The position numbers and the translations under genes were made by a program. Positions 19,964-31,745 of a stretch of 64,000 nucleotides of DNA are shown piece after piece. The stretch lies in IMG/VR virus record IMGVR_UViG_2675903599_000007, one strand, 5' to 3'. The number at the start of each line of letters is the position of its first letter. The first letter of the stretch is position 1. The DNA comes from an uncultured virus (IMG/VR IMGVR_UViG_2675903599_000007) (Duplodnaviria; Heunggongvirae; Uroviricota; Caudoviricetes). Under the pieces are notes generated by a model. The model had not been told where the DNA came from and ran no database searches. It saw only the letters and a program-made list of their open reading frames with translations.

Positions 19964-21021
19964 GGCTTTGTTGAATAAATCAGATTTCGGGTAAGTCTCC
20001 CCCGTAGCGGGTTGTGTTTTCAGGCAATACGCACGCTTTCAGGCATACTTGCTTTCGTCATTTTGTTCAGCGCTCGTACCAGGGCCATAGCCTCCGCAAC
20101 CTGACCATCGTAGTCACGCAGCGTCAGTGAACCCCCGAACAGCTGTTTTACCCGGTACATCGCCGTTTCCGCTATCGAGCGACGGTTGTAATCTGTTGTC
20201 CATTTCCACCGCGCATTACTCCCGGTCATTCGCTGATTAGCCACTGCACGGTTACGGTCTGCATATTCACCGGGCCAGTAACCCGCACCTTTTCGGGGTG
20301 GGATAAGCGCGCTGATTTTCTTACGCCGCAGTTCATCGTGACAGAGCCGGGTGTCGTAAGCGCCGTCTGCCGATGCTGCCCTGATTTTTCTGTGAGTCTG
20401 CCGGATAAGACCCGGGGAAGGCCTCTGAGTCCGTAACGTTGTTCAGCGACAGGTCAGCGCAGATGATTTCATGTGTTTTACTGTCAACGGCGAGATGCAG
20501 CTTACGCCAGATACGGCGGCGTTCCTGGCCATGCTTTTTGACTTTCCACTCGCCTTCACCGAAGACCTTCATCCCGGTGGAATCAATTACCAGGTGTGCG
20601 ATTTCACCCCGGGTGGGCGTTTTGAAACTGACATTAACCGACTTTGCCCGCCTGCTGACACAGCTGTAATCCGGGCAGCGTAGCGGAACGTTCATCAGAG
20701 AAAAAATGGAATCAATAAAGCCCTGCGCAGCGCGCAGGGTCAGCCTGAATACGCGTTTAATGACCAGCACAGTCGTGATGGCAAGGTCAGAATAGCGCTG
20801 AGGTCTGCCTCGTGAAGAAGGTGTTGCTGACTCATACCAGGCCTGAATAGCTTCATCATCCAGCCAGAAAGTTATGGAGCCACGGTTGATGAGGGCTTTA
20901 TTGTAGGTGGGCCAGTTGGTGATTTTGAACTTTTGCTTTGCCACGGAACGGTCTGCGTTGTCGGGAAGATACGTGATCTGATCCTTCAACTCAGCAAAAG
21001 TTCGATTTATTCAACAAAGCC
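19964..21021 (-). mobile_element. IS903-type element (IS5 family), 1058 bp
   Basis: 18-bp terminal IRs GGCTTTGTTGAATAAATC at both ends; no 9-bp target duplication. Confidence 0.96.
20020..20989 (-). pseudogene. IS903 transposase, frameshifted near 20415
   Basis: Split into ORFs 20333-20989 and 20020-20244; frame lost after EAFPG, at a C run on the coding strand. Confidence 0.88.
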
Positions 21022-21320
21022 ATTTTGGGACTGGATATTCCTCTCTCAACTATCTAAGAGAATTTCCATTTGATGCGATTAAGTTAGACAGAACATTCAT
21101 TAGTGGTATTGCCCACGTTGCACGGGACTTATCTATTGTAAGAAGCATAGTGTCTCTTGGAAAAGCTTTCAGTTTAGGTATAGTCGCAGAAGGTGTGGAA
21201 AATAATGAACAGTTTGAATTGCTAAAAAATATGAATTGCGATGAATTTCAAGGTTATTATTATTCGAAGCCTTTGTCAGGTGATCAACTGATTGATTTTT
21301 TGAGGGGCCAAAAAAAATAG
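21022..21320 (+). pseudogene. 3' remnant of an EAL-domain c-di-GMP phosphodiesterase
   Basis: Reads FGTGYSSLNYL...DAIKLDRTFI...IVAEGVEN...QGYYYSKP to TAG 21320, starting at the IS903 end. Confidence 0.88.
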
Positions 21321-21346
21321 GGCTGTATGTCCTATTTTTTCATATA

Positions 21347-22303
21347 CTATCGTTTTCCCTTTTTAATTTCATACATTCTTTCGTCTGCATCCTGCATGAT
21401 AGCAGAGCATTCAGTATGAATTTTCTCATCATATTCAATAATCCCTGCAGAAAAATCTATGTTGTATTTTTTTTGAGAATTAAGATTGTAGCTGGTAATC
21501 CCGGCCCTCAATTTATGAAGGAATTCTTCTGCTTCTTTATAGGTTGACTCGGGTAATAGAACACCAAATTCATCACCTCCTAATCTTGCAACAACGCTTT
21601 TTGAACTACTAAGATCTTCCAGCATATCTGCAAAATTGCAAAGTACTTCATTACCTTCTGAATGACCGAAGTTATCATTGATTGGTTTAAAATTATCGAG
21701 ATCTATGATCAGAACACAGAATGTTTTTTTCTTTTTTTTGGCTTTTCTTAACGATTCATCCGTCATTAGGGCGAAAGAACGCCGGTTACATATACCTGTC
21801 AAAGGATCAGTAGTTGCTTCGTTTATTATTCTAAACTCATCCTCTACGATTTCTGCTAAATCTTTAAGCAATAAGAAGTCATCTCTGGTTAATACTCTTG
21901 GTTCTGTATCAATAATACATATTGTTCCAGCTATCTCACCATCTGGCAGTCTTACGGGATGCCCTGCATAAAACCGGATATAAGGATCATTTTTAACTAA
22001 TTTATTTTCTTTGAATCTTGGATCAAGGCTTGCATCGGGCACTATTAATGGTTCACTAAGATCTACTGCTATTGTACAAAATGAATCACTTCTATCTGTC
22101 TCTTTTATCTTCAGCCCATAACATGACTTAAACCATTGCCTGTCTCTATCAATTAATGAAACAAGTGCTATTGGTACATCAAAGAGTTTGGTGGCAATCC
22201 TCGTCAATCTGTCAAATCGTTCTTCATATTTTGTATCAAGGATCCCCATAGAATATAATGATAATAACCTGTTCTCTTCTTTATGGTTTGTCATAATTTT
22301 CAT
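21347..22303 (-). CDS. GAF + GGDEF diguanylate cyclase
   Basis: ERFDRLTRIA...RQWFKS...IRFYAG GAF; DPLTGICNRR, DLDNFKPINDNFGH, RLGGDEF. Confidence 0.93.
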   Translation of the reverse strand: MKIMTNHKEENRLLSLYSMGILDTKYEERFDRLTRIATKLFDVPIALVSLIDRDRQWFKSCYGLKIKETDRSDSFCTIAVDLSEPLIVPDASLDPRFKENKLVKNDPYIRFYAGHPVRLPDGEIAGTICIIDTEPRVLTRDDFLLLKDLAEIVEDEFRIINEATTDPLTGICNRRSFALMTDESLRKAKKKKKTFCVLIIDLDNFKPINDNFGHSEGNEVLCNFADMLEDLSSSKSVVARLGGDEFGVLLPESTYKEAEEFLHKLRAGITSYNLNSQKKYNIDFSAGIIEYDEKIHTECSAIMQDADERMYEIKKGKR

Positions 22304-22599
22304 CTTGAGTGGTTATTGCAGGGTAGTGTTGGTTATCGCTATCTTATCAGAATTGTCCTGGAACTCAATAATCCCAATATCTCATAATCATATAAAACTT
22401 AACAAGTTTCCAATAAATCATGATGAATAGTGAACTGTTACATCTAATCATCTGTGACCTGAAGCGCTCATTATACACTTCCATGTATTCAGAATGCATA
22501 ATGATTTGTATATTAAAAATCGCCATAACTTACAATGACTTATTTTTTGTGGCACAATTAAAGCGCATCTGTTCAAATAAATGTAAAGACATTAATGCT

Positions 22600-23050
22600 T
22601 GATCTTCATGGTTTCTTATGAAAACCAGTGGCTGAAGAAACGTATGGCAGTTCTGAATCTGAACAAGACGAGACGGCATGAAAGGTTCAAGAAAATTGTC
22701 CAGGAAGGTACATAGTTTCCTTATCCAATATTTTCTACTGAGGGTATATTGTATCAGCTTAAGACAGGAACTGTTGATACAGAACAGAAAAGTTCAACAC
22801 AGCCTGAATCTGCGCGACGCTAAATTTTTTCCTTCTGGCGAACCAACAAACAGCCCGTTTATAGAGAGATTCTGCAGACGACAAAAGGATTAATCCCTGA
22901 AATTGCACTGAATTGTCACCTGAAGATGTGCAGGACAAGCCAGATTACTCTTACAAGGGATACCATCGTAATTTAGCAAAAACACCTAAGACCTAAACGA
23001 CAGCTAAGTACATAGTGCCGGACGGATCATGATTTTTTATTTAACTTACG
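22600..23050 (+). pseudogene. Heavily decayed IS3-family transposase remnant (bounds approximate)
   Basis: FFPSGEPTNSPFIERF resembles IS3 core PGKPTDNxFIESF; downstream EDVQDK resembles LEDAQEK; broken frames. Confidence 0.45.
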
Positions 23051-23437
23051 GACTTCATTTTTCAGCAATTATCTTTTCTCTTCTGTTGTAAACTTATGAA
23101 AGCGTTACGCGAAATCCCGCAAGGTTACAGGGGTGTACCAGGCCGGAAATCGCGTAGCGCTCTCTTCTCTTCTGTTTCCTGCCTAACATGTACATCCTGG
23201 CATTACTCCAATTCTCCCAAAAACCGTAAAACAGCCATCAACCCGCGTCATTACTGGCTTCATGGAGGATCTGAGCAGAAAAACGATCCTTTACGCATTT
23301 GGTTTTACCCGCAATAATGCGGGATAAGACAACAAAAGGATCCGCGCGCTGCGATTTATTGTCATGGCAGGATCGGCCCGTCAGGTGCAAAATACCTGTA
23401 TCCATAAACAGTGCGTGCGCTACGTGAAAAATAACTC

Positions 23438-24178
23438 ATGAACAGCATCATTCCCTTGCAGAATTCACCAGAACGCGTCTCTCTGCTGCCGATCGCCCCG
23501 GGCGTTGATTTTGCGACCGCGGTGGCACTCCGGCGGATGGCCACCTCAACAGGTGCCACGCCGGCTTACCTCCTGGCGCCGGAAGTGAGCGCCCTCCTCT
23601 GGTATATGCCTGACCAGCGTCACCACATGTTGTTCGCCACCATGTGGAATACCGGGATCCGTATCGGTGAAGCCCGGACGCTCACCCCGGAATCGTTCGA
23701 CCTGGATGGTCTGCGCCCTTTTGTTCGGGTGCTGTCGGAAAAAGTGCGGGCACGTCGTGGCCGGCCGCCAAAAGATGAAGTGCGTCTGGTACCGCTGACG
23801 GATGCCAGTTTTGTGCGTCAGATGGAGAGCTGGATGGTGACCACCCGCCCCCGCCGGCGGGAGCCGTTATGGCCGGTCACGGATGAGACAATGCGCAACT
23901 GGCTGAAACAGGCGGTGAAGCGGGCTGAAGCTGACGGCGTGCATTTTTCGATCCCCGTGACGCCGCATACTTTCCGTCACAGCTATATTATGCACATGCT
24001 TTATCACCGGCAGCCCAGGAAGGTCATCCAGGCACTGGCCGGGCATAAGGATCCGCGCTCGATGGAAGTCTATACCCGGGTATTTGCGCTGGACATGGCT
24101 GCCACCCTGGCCGTTCCCTTTACCGGTGATGGTCGAGATGCCGCGGAGATCCTTCGCTCCCTGCCCCCGGCCGGCTGA
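23438..24178 (+). CDS. Plasmid tyrosine recombinase/resolvase (ResD-like)
   Basis: TGIRIGE, HTFRH, LAGH, EVYT catalytic motifs; adjacent to FIB replicon. Confidence 0.9.
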   Translation: MNSIIPLQNSPERVSLLPIAPGVDFATAVALRRMATSTGATPAYLLAPEVSALLWYMPDQRHHMLFATMWNTGIRIGEARTLTPESFDLDGLRPFVRVLSEKVRARRGRPPKDEVRLVPLTDASFVRQMESWMVTTRPRRREPLWPVTDETMRNWLKQAVKRAEADGVHFSIPVTPHTFRHSYIMHMLYHRQPRKVIQALAGHKDPRSMEVYTRVFALDMAATLAVPFTGDGRDAAEILRSLPPAG

Positions 24179-24652
24179 GATTGACGGCCCTGGCATGACG
24201 TCCTGTATTCCGCTAATACGGAATACAGGAGCAGAGAGCATTCAGCCCCCTCCCTGCTCCAGCACACCAGGCCATCATGCTGATGACTGAACCGCCATGG
24301 TCTTACCCGGTGACCTGCAATCCTGCAGGCATCAACATACCGCAGTCAAGACAGGGCACAATGCAGGCATACTGGCCGTGCATCCCACTGTGCGTTTTTC
24401 CTGGAAGCTCAGCAAATCATCCCGTTAACCGCGAAAGTCATTCACCATCTGTGGCCAACACCTTTCTGCCATCCGGCTCCCGTTTCCTAATCGCATTTAG
24501 CAGTGTGAAGCTGGCGCCGGGTTATACAGACAGCTGCAGTCTCATCCTGCCGGGCTAAACCTGCAGTACACAGGGGAACGGATACCGTCAGGTAACATGA
24601 CCGTCTCAGCACCCGATTGAGATTTTCGTAAGGGGTATAGAGCTTTACTGAA

Positions 24653-24899
24653 AAATTGACTGTGGCATGTTATCACCCATGGAATGGTTAACAGACCAGG
24701 GATTACCCCCATTTAACCCGCATGCCGTAGTCAATATCTGCGTATCACGACCCCAAATCACATATTACAGTCAATATTGTTCGATCCGGGCAGAGATGAT
24801 AGAGAATAAATATTGACTGCGGTATGCGTGATGCATATCACAGTCAATGGAATGTCCTTAGCGGCATACGGCAGTCATGATATGCATATCGCAGTCAAT
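24653..24899. repeat. Downstream iteron cluster (consensus CATAycrCAGTCAA, both orientations)
   Basis: About 7 copies near 24655, 24721, 24761, 24813, 24834, 24865, 24885; a lone copy near 24336. Confidence 0.8.
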
Positions 24900-25905
24900 T
24901 TTCTGGCTTCATCGCTGAGAGGGCTTCAGCCAGTTTAAGAGGATCGATGCCAGCAGCCTTCAGCGCCTTAATGACTTCGTCATAATTTTGCTCTGGCGCC
25001 TTCTCTTCTTCCGCTTTGCGCGGAACCTTCACAGGACCACTGATGAGTTTGGGGTTGCGATAATGCACGCTGAAATAGGTGGCTCGGCCACGTTTAAACT
25101 CGGTGTAATCCAGATAACCAATATCCCGCAGCTGCTCCATCGCCTTACGCACCGTGTGGTTCTGCGTATAGACATTTGAGGTGAGATTCAGCCGGTCACG
25201 CATCCGTTTCATGGAAATAGGTGCAGGATTCTGGGGAAGACTTTCGATGTAGGTATAAAGCGCCTGGGCTGATTCCTTGCGCTGCAGGGCGTCAATGGCT
25301 TTCAGCCGCAGCAGTACCCTTCTGTCCATGTGGTAAAGCTCAAACAGCTTAGGTTCAGCCTTTATCTCAACGATATCCTCGGTGATGTCATAATAGGCTG
25401 ACTGCACCAGATGGGTGGTCCATCCTTTGGTCTCGCTCTGGAACTTCAGCGTAACCGAGGCAAGTTTAAACAGGGAATTACTGATGCGATCGCGCATTTT
25501 TTTGTTTGAACGACGGGAGTTAAATCCGCACATCTTAACGAATTCGACGAACGACAGTTCCAGGGTGTCACTTTTTACCCCATACTCCGACATGGAGCGA
25601 ATTATCCCCAGCCAGACTTTAAAATCCGTGTCCATATCAAGACGCGAACCGGTGATCTTAACGTCAGTGTACCCTTCGCTTTTGGCAATAGACAGCTGTA
25701 CAAGCTCCTCAGTCGCGTCTGTAACGTTTTTCCGGTTCGCCTTGCTCTTCCCTGTTGATTTCAGAGTTGGGACGAAGAGACCGAGTCTCATGAGCGCTAC
25801 TGGCTGCACGGTACTGGTGCTGTTGACATCCAGCTTAACAACTTCGCCGGTTGTCTTATCAACTTCCTGAAGGTTCAGAAGTAAGCTGTTATTTTCGCTC
25901 GTCAT
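24895..25905 (-). CDS. repA: RepFIB-type replication initiator
   Basis: [10 protein letters not shown]...[46 protein letters not shown]. Confidence 0.92.
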   Translation of the reverse strand: MTSENNSLLLNLQEVDKTTGEVVKLDVNSTSTVQPVALMRLGLFVPTLKSTGKSKANRKNVTDATEELVQLSIAKSEGYTDVKITGSRLDMDTDFKVWLGIIRSMSEYGVKSDTLELSFVEFVKMCGFNSRRSNKKMRDRISNSLFKLASVTLKFQSETKGWTTHLVQSAYYDITEDIVEIKAEPKLFELYHMDRRVLLRLKAIDALQRKESAQALYTYIESLPQNPAPISMKRMRDRLNLTSNVYTQNHTVRKAMEQLRDIGYLDYTEFKRGRATYFSVHYRNPKLISGPVKVPRKAEEEKAPEQNYDEVIKALKAAGIDPLKLAEALSAMKPEN

Positions 25906-25920
25906 CTTGATCCTCAACGG

Positions 25921-26356
25921 TTATCCACAAAAGGATGTAGTAATACGTATCGCAGTCAACGGATATACATACCTCAGTAAATACCGTTGCATATCACAGT
26001 ATTAGATTATGCATATAACAGTCAACATTTTACATTCCGCAGTCGATCCAGACAGACGTTAAAGCCAGTTACAGCGCATGCTGGAGCGATCCGGGGATCT
26101 CTTTTGGATCTCACTATGATCTCCTTGGGATCAATTATTGGATCGAGACCTTGAATAACTCAGATACAAGGCCGGAAGCGCCACACCAGGTATCCAGAAC
26201 CCTGGCCTGATTTTCCTGAATACGCTCTGGAAGATTGAGATCTACAGGTACAACAATGAAACATTGACTGCGGTATGCTGAGTCGTCTTTCCTCTTTCTC
26301 GACACAGATACAGTAAGTATCATGCCACAGTCAATATATTACATATCGCAGTCAAT
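25921..26356. repeat. FIB origin: DnaA box, iterons and GATC cluster
   Basis: TTATCCACA 25921; five spaced iterons 25946-26047; dense GATCs 26045-26145; three more iterons 26263-26356. Confidence 0.8.
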
Positions 26357-26647
26357 TTCATTATAACTGGCTGATCCCGAGCCATCTTAAGCAACCCGAC
26401 GTACGTGCAATCTGTGAATTCTGTGATTTTCCGCTTCCTCGCCGCTTTCTCACTCCGTGAGATCGCTTACTGCGGCGAGCGGCAGTGATTAATATTGGCT
26501 GCGGTATGTACTCTTTTGTACTCCCCTGCGGTCTTTGCATCACCCAATGCGGTTCACTTTGCACTTTTTCGTGCACTTTGCGTTTTTATTGTTGCTTTGC
26601 AATAAATTCCAAGATTTAATAAAATAATGCAAAGTGATGATTAAAGG

Positions 26648-27823
26648 ATGTTCAGTATGGGACTCATGGATACACTCAACCAGTGCATAAGTGCTGGTCA
26701 TGAAATGACGAAAGCAATCGCCATTGCGCAGTTTAATGATGACAGTCCGGAAGCCCGGAAAATAACCCGGCGCTGGAGGATTGGTGAAGCAGCTGATTTA
26801 GTTGGCGTGTCATCTCAGGCTATCAGGGATGCCGAGAAAGCTGGCCGGCTGCCTCACCCTGATATGGAAACCCGTGGAAGAGTTGAGCAACGCGTTGGTT
26901 ATACCATCGAGCAAATCAATCACATGCGGGATGTATTTGGTACACGACTGCGCCGTGCTGAAGATGCGTTTCCGCCGGTGATTGGTGTTGCTGCTCACAA
27001 AGGTGGTGTTTACAAAACCTCCGTTTCTGTTCACCTGGCTCAGGACCTGGCCCTGAAAGGATTACGCGTTCTGCTTGTCGAGGGTAATGATCCTCAGGGC
27101 ACAGCCTCGATGTATCACGGATGGGTGCCCGATCTTCATATACACGCGGAAGATACTCTCCTGCCCTTTTATCTTGGTGAAAAGGATGATGCCAGTTATG
27201 CGATAAAACCAACCTGCTGGCCTGGCCTTGATATCATTCCGTCCTGCCTGGCACTGCATCGCATTGAAACTGAACTGATGGGCAAATTTGATGAAGGAAA
27301 ACTGCCCACCGACCCGCATCTGATGCTCCGCCTTGCTATTGAAACGGTCGCTCATGACTATGATGTGATTGTTATCGACAGCGCACCGAACCTCGGTATT
27401 GGCACGATCAATGTCGTATGCGCTGCTGATGTGCTGATTGTTCCCACCCCGGCAGAGCTGTTCGATTACACTTCTGCACTGCAGTTTTTCGATATGCTTC
27501 GTGATCTGCTCAGGAATGTGGATCTTAAAGGCTTTGAGCCGGATGTCCGTATTCTCCTTACCAAATACAGTAATAACAATGGTTCGCAGTCACCGTGGAT
27601 GGAAGAACAAATTCGCGATGCATGGGGAAGCATGGTTCTTAAAAATGTGGTACGTGAAACCGATGAAGTTGGTAAAGGCCAGATCCGCATGAGAACCGTT
27701 TTCGAACAGGCGATTGATCAACGTTCTTCGACCGGCGCATGGCGAAACGCACTTTCAATCTGGGAACCTGTTTGTAATGAGATTTTTGATCGTCTGATTA
27801 AACCACGCTGGGAGATTAGATAA
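26648..27823 (+). CDS. sopA: Partition ATPase SopA
   Basis: Closely matches F SopA ([30 protein letters not shown]). Confidence 0.97.
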   Translation: MFSMGLMDTLNQCISAGHEMTKAIAIAQFNDDSPEARKITRRWRIGEAADLVGVSSQAIRDAEKAGRLPHPDMETRGRVEQRVGYTIEQINHMRDVFGTRLRRAEDAFPPVIGVAAHKGGVYKTSVSVHLAQDLALKGLRVLLVEGNDPQGTASMYHGWVPDLHIHAEDTLLPFYLGEKDDASYAIKPTCWPGLDIIPSCLALHRIETELMGKFDEGKLPTDPHLMLRLAIETVAHDYDVIVIDSAPNLGIGTINVVCAADVLIVPTPAELFDYTSALQFFDMLRDLLRNVDLKGFEPDVRILLTKYSNNNGSQSPWMEEQIRDAWGSMVLKNVVRETDEVGKGQIRMRTVFEQAIDQRSSTGAWRNALSIWEPVCNEIFDRLIKPRWEIR

Positions 27824-28794
27824 TGAAGCGTGCCCCTGTCATTCCAAGGCATACCACACATACTCAATCGACTGAAGATACTTCATCACCGGCGCCGGCC
27901 GCGCCGATGGTGGATTCATTAATTGCGCGCGTGGGTGCTATGGCCCGCGGTAATGCTATCTCTCTTCCGGTATGTGGACGGGAAGTAAAATTTACCCTTG
28001 AGGTGCTCCGGGGAGACTCTGTTGAGAGCGCCTCACGCGTATGGTCAGGAAATGAGCGTGATCAGGAACTACTTACCGAAGATGCTCTGGATGATCTCAT
28101 ACCTTCATTTTTACTGACCGGTCAGCAGACTCCAGCTTTCGGCCGCCGGGTTTCTGATGTCATAGAAATTGCAGACGGCAGCCGTCGCCGTAAAGCCGCA
28201 ATCCTGACGGAAAGTGATTATCGCGTTCTGGTTGGTGAACTGGACGATGAGCAGATGGCTGCATTGTCCCGGCTGGGTAACGATTATCGGCCGACGAGTG
28301 CTTATGAACGTGGCCTGCGTTATACAAGCCGGCTGCAGAATGAGTTTGCAGGAAATATTTCTGCGCTTGCCGATGCGGAAAACATTTCTCGTAAGATCAT
28401 TACCCGCTGTATTAATACGGCCAAACTGCCTAAATCCGTTGTTGCCCTGTTTGCACATCCTGGAGAACTGTCTGCCCGGTCAGGTGAAGCCCTTCAGAAG
28501 GCTTTTGCAGATAAAGAAGAATTACTGAAGCAGCAGGCTGAGACTCTCCACGATCAGAAGAAAGCGGGACTAATCTTTGAAGCTGAAGAGGTCATTAGTC
28601 TTTTAACATCCGTACTGAAACAATCTCCCGCATCAAGAGTTAATCTGAGCTCACGTCATCAGTTTGCTCCAGGGGCAACAGCATTGTATAAGGGCGATAA
28701 AATGGTGCTTAACCTGGATAAGTCCCGCATTCCTGCGGAGTGTATAGAGAAAATAGAAGCCATTCTTAAGGAGCTTGAGAAACCAGGAGTCTAA
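27823..28794 (+). CDS. sopB: Centromere-binding protein SopB
   Basis: [31 protein letters not shown]. Confidence 0.97.
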   Translation: MKRAPVIPRHTTHTQSTEDTSSPAPAAPMVDSLIARVGAMARGNAISLPVCGREVKFTLEVLRGDSVESASRVWSGNERDQELLTEDALDDLIPSFLLTGQQTPAFGRRVSDVIEIADGSRRRKAAILTESDYRVLVGELDDEQMAALSRLGNDYRPTSAYERGLRYTSRLQNEFAGNISALADAENISRKIITRCINTAKLPKSVVALFAHPGELSARSGEALQKAFADKEELLKQQAETLHDQKKAGLIFEAEEVISLLTSVLKQSPASRVNLSSRHQFAPGATALYKGDKMVLNLDKSRIPAECIEKIEAILKELEKPGV

Positions 28795-28883
28795 TGCGGA
28801 CACGCTTTAGTCTACGGTTATCTCCCTTTACTTCATTTCCTTTCTCACAGGCCAGAAAACATAACTGGCCTGAATATTCTCTC

Positions 28884-29558
28884 TGGGACCACGGTCCCAC
28901 CTGCATCGTCGGTCAGGTTATCTGCCTGGGACCACGGTCTCACCTGCGTCATCGGTCAGGTTATCTGCCTGGGACCACGGTCCCACCTGCGTCGTCGGTC
29001 AGGTTATCTGTCTGGGACCACGGTCCCACCTGCGTCATCTGTCAGGTAATCTGTCTGGGACCACGGTCCCACCTGCGTCATCTGTCAGGTAATCTGTCTG
29101 GGACCACGGTCCCACCTGCGTCATCGGTCAGGTTATCTGACTGGGACCACGGGCCCACCTGCGTCGTCGGTCAGGTTATCTGCCTGGGACCACGGTCCCA
29201 CCTGCGTCATCGGTCAGCTTATCTGTCTGGGACCACGGTCTCACCTGCGTCATCGGTCAGCTTATCTGTCTGGGACCACGGTCCCACCTGCGTCGTCGGT
29301 CAGGTTATCTGTCTGGGACCACGGTCCCACCTGCGTCATCGGTCAGGTAATCTGCCTGGGACCACGGTCCCACCTGTATCGCCGGTCAGGTTATCTCCCT
29401 GGGACCACGGTCCCACCTGCGTCATCGGTCAGGTTATCTGCCTGGGACCATGGTCCCACCTGCGTCGTCGGTCAGCTTATCTGCCTGGGACCACGGTCCC
29501 ACCTGCGTCATCTGTCAGCTTATCTGCCTGGGACCACGGTCCCACCTGCATCGTCGGC
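28884..29558 (+). repeat. sopC: sopC centromere: 16 tandem 43-bp repeats with palindrome TGGGACCACGGTCCCA
   Basis: Palindrome starts every 43 bp from 28884 to 29529. Confidence 0.97.
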
Positions 29559-30150
29559 ACATTATTAGTTAGGGATAACGGTTCAATCAATGCCTGTCAC
29601 GAACAGGTATTGGCTTGTCGCCAGCAACCCGATGAGCGGAGTAATCACGCAGCAGGGCGGCTATTACAGGCGATGGTGAAAGCTCTATTGGGATCTGAAC
29701 GAAGCATGTTGAGTGAAATTTGCAAAATTTCGCAGAGTATGCAGCTTAATCTTTAAGTTTCCGCCGGCATTTTTAAAGCCAGCTACCGACGCTGCGCGTT
29801 GGCCGGCCCTTCGTCCGGCGGGTAACCAGTACCGGCCGATCTTACGACCCTGGATGAACATCATCCCGTCAGCAGCGTCTCCACTGTGATGTCGTTTTTC
29901 ACACTGTGCGATCACAAAATAGAACGGGGAGGGACAACATATGGTAGGAAAAGCAACTGCCAGAGACACAATATATTGATTATCCACAGTAACGGGGGAT
30001 AACCGTGTGGGTAACATATTGAAAGTCCGTCACGTTATCGTATTAATTGACTTTGTAGACACCACTGGACCATAAAAAGAATCCGGGGGAATCATCACAG
30101 CGCATAAACATACCGTTTGTTTTTGGGGGACGGCAAGAGGCCCCTGTTAT

Positions 30151-31472
30151 CCAGTGCGCCGTAAAACCCCGACCTTCAGGGCGGGGATATAAGGCGCGGT
30201 TTTCCGACTAACTTCGGTTAAAATAGCCTCATGAAACGACTTCAAGCCTTCAAATTCCAGTTAAGACCGAATGGTCAGCAGGAGCGCGATATGCGGCGCT
30301 TCGCTGGGGCTTGTCGCTTCGTCTTTAACCGTGCGCTGGCGCTTCAAAACGAAAACCATGAAGCGGGGAACAAATATGTTTCCTACACCAAAATGGCTTC
30401 ATGGCTCATTGAGTGGAAATCACACCCTGATACCCAGTGGCTAAAAGACACGCCATCACTGCCGTTGCAGCAGTCGCTCAAAGATCTGGAGCGCGGCTAC
30501 AAGAATTTCTTCCAGAAGCGTGCAGCATTCCCTCGTTTCAAGAAACGCGGCCAAAACGATGCCCGCAAGGCGTGAAGCTCGATCAGACCAACAATCGTAT
30601 ATCGCTTCCTAAGTTGGGCTGGATACGCTATCGCAATAGCCGTGAAGTCATCGGCGAAGTTAAAAACGTCACGGTCATCCAGTCATGCGGCAAATGGTAC
30701 GTTAGCATCCAGACGGAATACGAAGTGCCTGAACAGGTTCATAAGGCAGCGTCAATGGTCGGTTTGGACGCCGGAGTCACGAAACTTGCCACGCTTTCTG
30801 ATGGCACCGTATACCAGCCAGTCAACAGCTTCAAAGCAAGCCAGCGTAAGCTGGCTATGCTTCAACGGCAGTTAAGCCGCAAAGTTAAATTCAGTGCCAG
30901 TTGGCAGAAACAGAAGAAAAAAATCCAGCGTCTGCACTCACACATTGCCAATATCCGGCGCGACTACCTTCACAAAGTCACCAGTGAAATCAGCAAAAAC
31001 CACGCGATGATCGTCATTGAGGACTTGAAGGTCAGTAACATGTCGAAATCGGCAAAAGGTACGGCAGAGCGGCCCGGACGAAACATCAGAGCCAAATCAG
31101 GCTTAAACCGTTCGATACTGGATCAGGGCTGGTACGAAATGCGCAGACAGCTTGAGTACAAGCAGCTCTGGCGTGGTGGTCAGGTACTGGCGATACCTCC
31201 GGCATACACAAGCCAGCGTTGTGCCTGCTGTGGTCATACGGCGAAAGAAAACCGTCAAACGCAAAGTAAATTCGTGTGTCAGGTATGCGGCTATACCGAG
31301 AACGCCGATATCAACGGAGCACGTAACATTTTAGCGGCAGGACATGCCGTGCTTGCCTGTGGAGGGATGATACAGTCGGGCCGCCCGCTGAAGCAGGAAC
31401 CCACCGAGGCGAGTCAGGCTCCGGTCTGAACGCTGTAGGAATCCTCGCCCTTCAGGGCGGGGAGGATGTCAA
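30151..31472 (+). mobile_element. tnpB-only IS200/IS605-family element (IS1341-type organisation)
   Basis: Subterminal hairpins CCCCGACCTTCAGGGCGGGG and CCTCGCCCTTCAGGGCGGGG; inserted after TTAT, ends TCAA; no tnpA. Confidence 0.88.
30231..31429 (+). pseudogene. tnpB: RNA-guided nuclease TnpB, frameshifted near 30562
   Basis: HTH N-terminus in one frame; RuvC (VGLDAG, IVIEDL, NADINGA) and Zn finger in another; conserved DAFRYPQ segment short by about 10 nt. Confidence 0.88.
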
Positions 31473-31667
31473 CAATTGCACCAGGTCTTTTTCGTCCAGC
31501 GCATCGAGCATTTGTTCATACAGAGCCGCGGGCACACAATAAAAAACAGGGCGGTTGCGGTCAATAATCGCGACCGGGTAGCCGCCGCCGGCACTGGCGG
31601 TGGCCACCGGATCGTTTTTAAGTTCTCAGACGCTGGCAGTCACATCACACAGAATGATGTTTGTCAT
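31473..31667 (-). pseudogene. StbD/Phd-type antitoxin remnant
   Basis: MTNIILCDVTASV*ELKNDP...YPVAIIDRNRPVFYCVPAALYE; GGAGG RBS; in-frame TGA; 3' end cut by the IS. Confidence 0.75.
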
Positions 31668-31745
31668 GGTTCCCTCCTGAGACAAGTCATCTGTATGATC
31701 GGTAAAGTAAGCTCTGGCGGCAAGTCCCGTCTGTCATTTCGACGG

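Noticed and set aside
19955..21030. Target-site duplication or composite transposon for IS903
   Set aside because: The flanks (ACGACAGAC and ATTTTGGGA) differ, and there is no second copy in the window.
28794..29756. 320-aa repetitive ORF, and a CRISPR-like look of the array
   Set aside because: It is the sopC centromere: near-identical 43-bp units with no unique spacers and no cas genes; the ORF is a by-product of stop-free repeats.
30437..31429. 330-aa ORF as an intact TnpB
   Set aside because: Its N-terminus is out-of-frame sequence; the real start is 30231, with a frameshift near 30562.
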